Source: Octopus bimaculoides (taxonomy: Eukaryota). Taken from it: DNA of 34,174 nt. Every line of letters starts with the position of its first letter. The stretch's first letter is position 1. A program made the position numbers and the translations under genes. A model generated the notes under the pieces. The model made no database searches. It was given only the letters and a program-made list of their open reading frames with translations, and was not told the DNA's origin. The stretch is taken from NCBI RefSeq assembly GCF_001194135.2, contig NC_068984.1, forward strand, positions 127,829,301 through 127,863,474, in the 5' to 3' direction. Shown here one piece after another: positions 30,901 to 34,174 of this stretch.

Positions 30901-31249
30901 GTCTGCACCTATACACAACCATACATAATTGAAGTAGTTTGTTTGTTTTTGTTTATATCAAATATTATTTGTGTTTTTATTCATGTCAATAACCACTGAT
31001 ATGTATTCTAAATTCCAAATCTTATATTTCTGATTTTTATCATAACTGTTAGTGCTTCCATTGACCATTTTGATCGATTATTTTCAATAGGTTTTTTTTT
31101 ATATAGATTTTTTTAAAGATATGTTCTTTGTTTACTTCTTTGAATATTCTGTACAAGAAACATAGCAACATGGTTACTACTCGGAGCAAGCCTGAAAAAA
31201 AAAAACTGTTTAGTGTCAAATGGGGATATCAGTTGTCAAATGAATATTC

Positions 31250-31575
31250 ATGTGCATTTGTGTATGTATGCATGTAAGCATGCAGTTATGTATGTATGTA
31301 TGTATGTATGTATGTATGTATGTTTTTGTATGTAGGTATGTATGTGTGTATGTATGTTTTTGTATGTATGTATGTATGTGTGTGTGTGTGTATGTGTGTG
31401 TGTGTGTGTGTGTGCGTGTGTGTGTGTGTATGTGTATGTGTGTATGTATGTTCTCTTCTGTTCTAAATTATTTAAATTCTTCCTCTGAGGAAGGAATTGG
31501 CTTCTAACGAAGATACAAAGCTCAATCGTTGGTATGCAGATAACAAAAATGTCACATTTTAAACTTGAGAAAAGT
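31250..31575 (+). repeat. (TATG)n/(GT)n microsatellite followed by the (TATG)-associated short repeat (31448-31575)
   Basis: Direct; matches 17755-17885. Confidence 0.8.
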
Positions 31576-31764
31576 CTGTCTGACTCTCCATCAGTCTATC
31601 TATCTCTCTGTCAGTCCATCAGTCTGTCTGTCTATCTGTCTGTCTGTATGTATGTATATTCTTCTCTTTCTGTTTTTAATTTAGAATAAATTTTGACCAG
31701 TCACTTACTTGTTAGCAAGTTTTTGAAGGAAAGCATCTTGTTTTAACCATGATCCTTTAAATCT

Positions 31765-31990
31765 ATGTACGTACGTACGTACGTATGTATGCATGTAGGT
31801 ATGTATGTATGCATATATGTATGTATGTATGCATGCATACATGCATGTATGTAAGTAAGTATGTATGTATGTATGTATGCATGCATGTAAGTAAGTAAGT
31901 AAGTATGTATGTATGTATGGATGTATGTATGTATGCATGCATGCATGCATGTATGTATATAAGTATGTATATATGTATGAATGTATGATA
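31765..31990. repeat. (GTAT)n/(GTAA)n/(GCAT)n tetranucleotide array
   Basis: Direct. Confidence 0.95.
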
Positions 31991-32296
31991 CATTTCCGAG
32001 CAAGTTGCTTAAAATTCTGCATAAGAAAATGCATGTTTTTTTATGGAAAACACTCACTCCTTCCTTTACTTGTTTTTTCCTTTGGTGGTGATGACAAGCA
32101 TTTCTTTCCCAACTGACCACCCATATTTCAAATGTTTTCAATGAGGACTTTACACAATTCTTAAATCACTGGGAGTGATTTCCACAAATAAGTCCAGCAT
32201 ATAGCATACTCTTAAGGATCCTCTAATCATTCATCCGATCAAGGTGTTCAGTCCAGTGTATTAAATGGGAGAAGGTTGGTCTGCAATATCTGGAGA

Positions 32297-32406
32297 TTCT
32301 TTTATTCTTTTATTTGTTTCAGTCATTTGACTGTGGTCATGCTGGAGCACCACTTTTAGTCGAACAGATCGACCCCCTGGACTTATTCTTTGTGAACCTA
32401 GTACTT
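32297..32406 (-). mobile_element. Family A/B SINE tail fragment
   Basis: TTGTTTCAGTCATTTGACTGTGGTCATGCTGGAGCACC..TTAGTCGA..GATCGACCCC..GGACTTATTCTTT. Confidence 0.85.
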
Positions 32407-33951
32407 CTGTATGTCTTCTCAAATCAAGATCACAGGAAAAGTTGTTGATAAGTCTTATCAACAAAAACAAAGCTGATGAATATGCACAGGTGTTGCAAAT
32501 TAAGTTTAATTACCAATAAACATCAGCTTGGATGACACTTTACTCAACTGACAGAGGAAGATGACCGATCAAACTGATTATGTAAACAGAATTCTGATTG
32601 GTCAAAAGTGTCTTCTTGTCTCAAGCTCTGATTTTCTGCCTATTCTTGTTGGAACCTTTGATACAGAGTATCAAAATTTTGATTCCTTCCACACTTATAA
32701 AATGTCAAGCAAACTTTAAAATTTGTCATTACCGTTTTAGCTAGGAGATCAAACTGATAGTTTTGTAACCTGCTAAAATAAACATTAAAAATCAAAAGGA
32801 GAAAACAAACAGCTTTGCAAGTTTAACTCAGTGTTTATTGAACAAGAGAGGTGTGAAATTTAAGAAGTGACTTGTTAGAATATCCACGTCAGTGAGGTGA
32901 CATAAACAAGAATAGCAAAAATCTACTATGCCAAAAGATCTGGTAATACATACATTACAAGTGTTCTATGAAGAGAACATAAGATTGCTGCATAATTCAA
33001 CATGAATGTGAAAAGACATTAAACATTGTATAAGGTAAATGAAAGTTTCTGTAGGAATGCTAAGTCATATTCACTTAGTGAGTTTACATGCACAAGGATG
33101 AATTATGATGTTGTTGTCGGCGATGTCGAGATTGATGAATTTTATTGTCCTAACATGTAGAAAGCGAGCAATAGCTTCCTGGGGGCAAATGCAAGCTAGA
33201 CTTCTTAAGCGGAGAAAAACTGAATGAAAAATGCAGTCACAGAATCCTAGAATTATCGTTAGTATTGAACCAGGAAAAGTACAGAAGTAGTAATCAAGCA
33301 TGGAAAAGTACAGGACAAGAAGGAAAAACATAAAACATTGCTGCTGAAGATAGAATTTAAAAACTAAAATAGTAATAAATGCCCTTCTATATACTTGTTT
33401 TTGGTTTTAATTTAAAAAAATTTAAATTAAAATACTCAAGAAGCTATTTATTTTCAATTTTAGTGAAAAATCTAATTGCCTGCAAGTTTACACATTAAAA
33501 ATTTGATATTACCAATTTCTATATCTAAAAAATTACTTAATAGTAATTTAAGCAAAATTGGCAATTAGAACCCCTATGTTTTAAAAAAACTGCTACAATC
33601 ATTTTTATATTTTGCTCTCAATTTGTTCATTAGCTTTCATTTTTTAAATGTTTTTCTAACTGTAAATAGAAATTACTTTGCTATCTAATAATACAAACTT
33701 TATGGAAATTAATTTTTTTTTTTTTCCAATATTTTACTGTTTTGAATTACATATATTCTACATGAGTTTAATTTTATAATACAATATTTGTGATTTGAAA
33801 TTTTTGGATAATGAGTTTTGCTAAGAAAGTGAAATTAAAATAATAATATAATACTAAAAATAAAACAGAAATGTTTTAGCTTAATACAAAGAAATTTTTA
33901 AATAAAAAATATTAACTTAAATTTTAAAAAGTTGCAATAAAACGCAATATA

Positions 33952-34174
33952 TCATCATCGTTTAACGTCCGCTTTCCATGCTAGCATGGGTTGGACGATT
34001 TGACTGAGGACTGGTGAAACCGGATGGCAACACCAGGCTCCAGTCTGATTTGGCAGAGTTTCTACAGCTGGATGCCCTTCCTAACGCCAACCACTCAGAG
34101 AGTGTAGTGGGTGCTTTTACGTGTCACCTGCACGAAAACGGCCACGCTCGAAATGGTGTCTTTTATGTGCCACC
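33952..34174 (-). mobile_element. Family E element, running off the window end
   Basis: CATCATCGTTTAACGTCCGCTTTCCATGCTAGCATGGGTTGGACG..GGATGCCCTTCCTAACGCCAACCACTC; CpGs retained, suggesting a younger copy. Confidence 0.9.

Noticed and set aside
32850-33340. Possible Merlin/IS1595-like transposase (VVGDVEIDEFY)
   Set aside because: A single motif-like peptide surrounded by stops; the downstream RGR/WVFG motifs are absent.
34003-34022. CTGAGGA-CTGGT-GAAAC in family E (also CTGAGGA..GAAC at 25193)
   Set aside because: The five-nucleotide spacer cannot form stem II; a coincidental core motif.
70-34174. Most ORFs of 60-216 aa in the supplied track
   Set aside because: They are translations of di-, tri- or tetranucleotide repeats, N gaps or SINE bodies (poly-YI, VC, HT, D, H, F/L/S), with no domain-like content.

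Overview
This is AT-rich, repeat-dense eukaryotic DNA with six assembly gaps. The microsatellite load and SINE families look like a cephalopod (Octopus-type) genome; that is inferred from recalled repeat sequences, not a database search. I find no confidently identifiable protein-coding gene, RNA gene or CRISPR array. Nearly all long ORFs in the supplied track are translations of microsatellites, N gaps or a purine-rich tract. Supportable content: (1) many copies of at least four short retroposon families, three with tRNA-like heads and one with an RTE-type 3' tail ending in (GAT)n; (2) decayed LINE fragments: RTE-type RT and C-terminus, two restriction-like-endonuclease (R4/Dong-like) C-termini and a CR1-like C-terminus; (3) small non-autonomous DNA elements: a near-perfect 295-bp foldback, a Helentron-associated (HINE/DINE-1-like) element, and piggyBac-, pogo- and hAT-like MITE remnants; (4) minisatellites and a 1.8-kb purine-skewed tract; (5) a few weak splice-signal-defined exon candidates. 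I do not see evidence for a new multi-gene system. The best leads are a locally generated inverted SINE triplication (26.5-27.0 kb), two cases of a retroelement 3' end and an opposing SINE sharing one (AAT)n tract, a snap-back hairpin at a LINE/SINE junction, and a minisatellite whose unit is a near-consensus heat-shock element.
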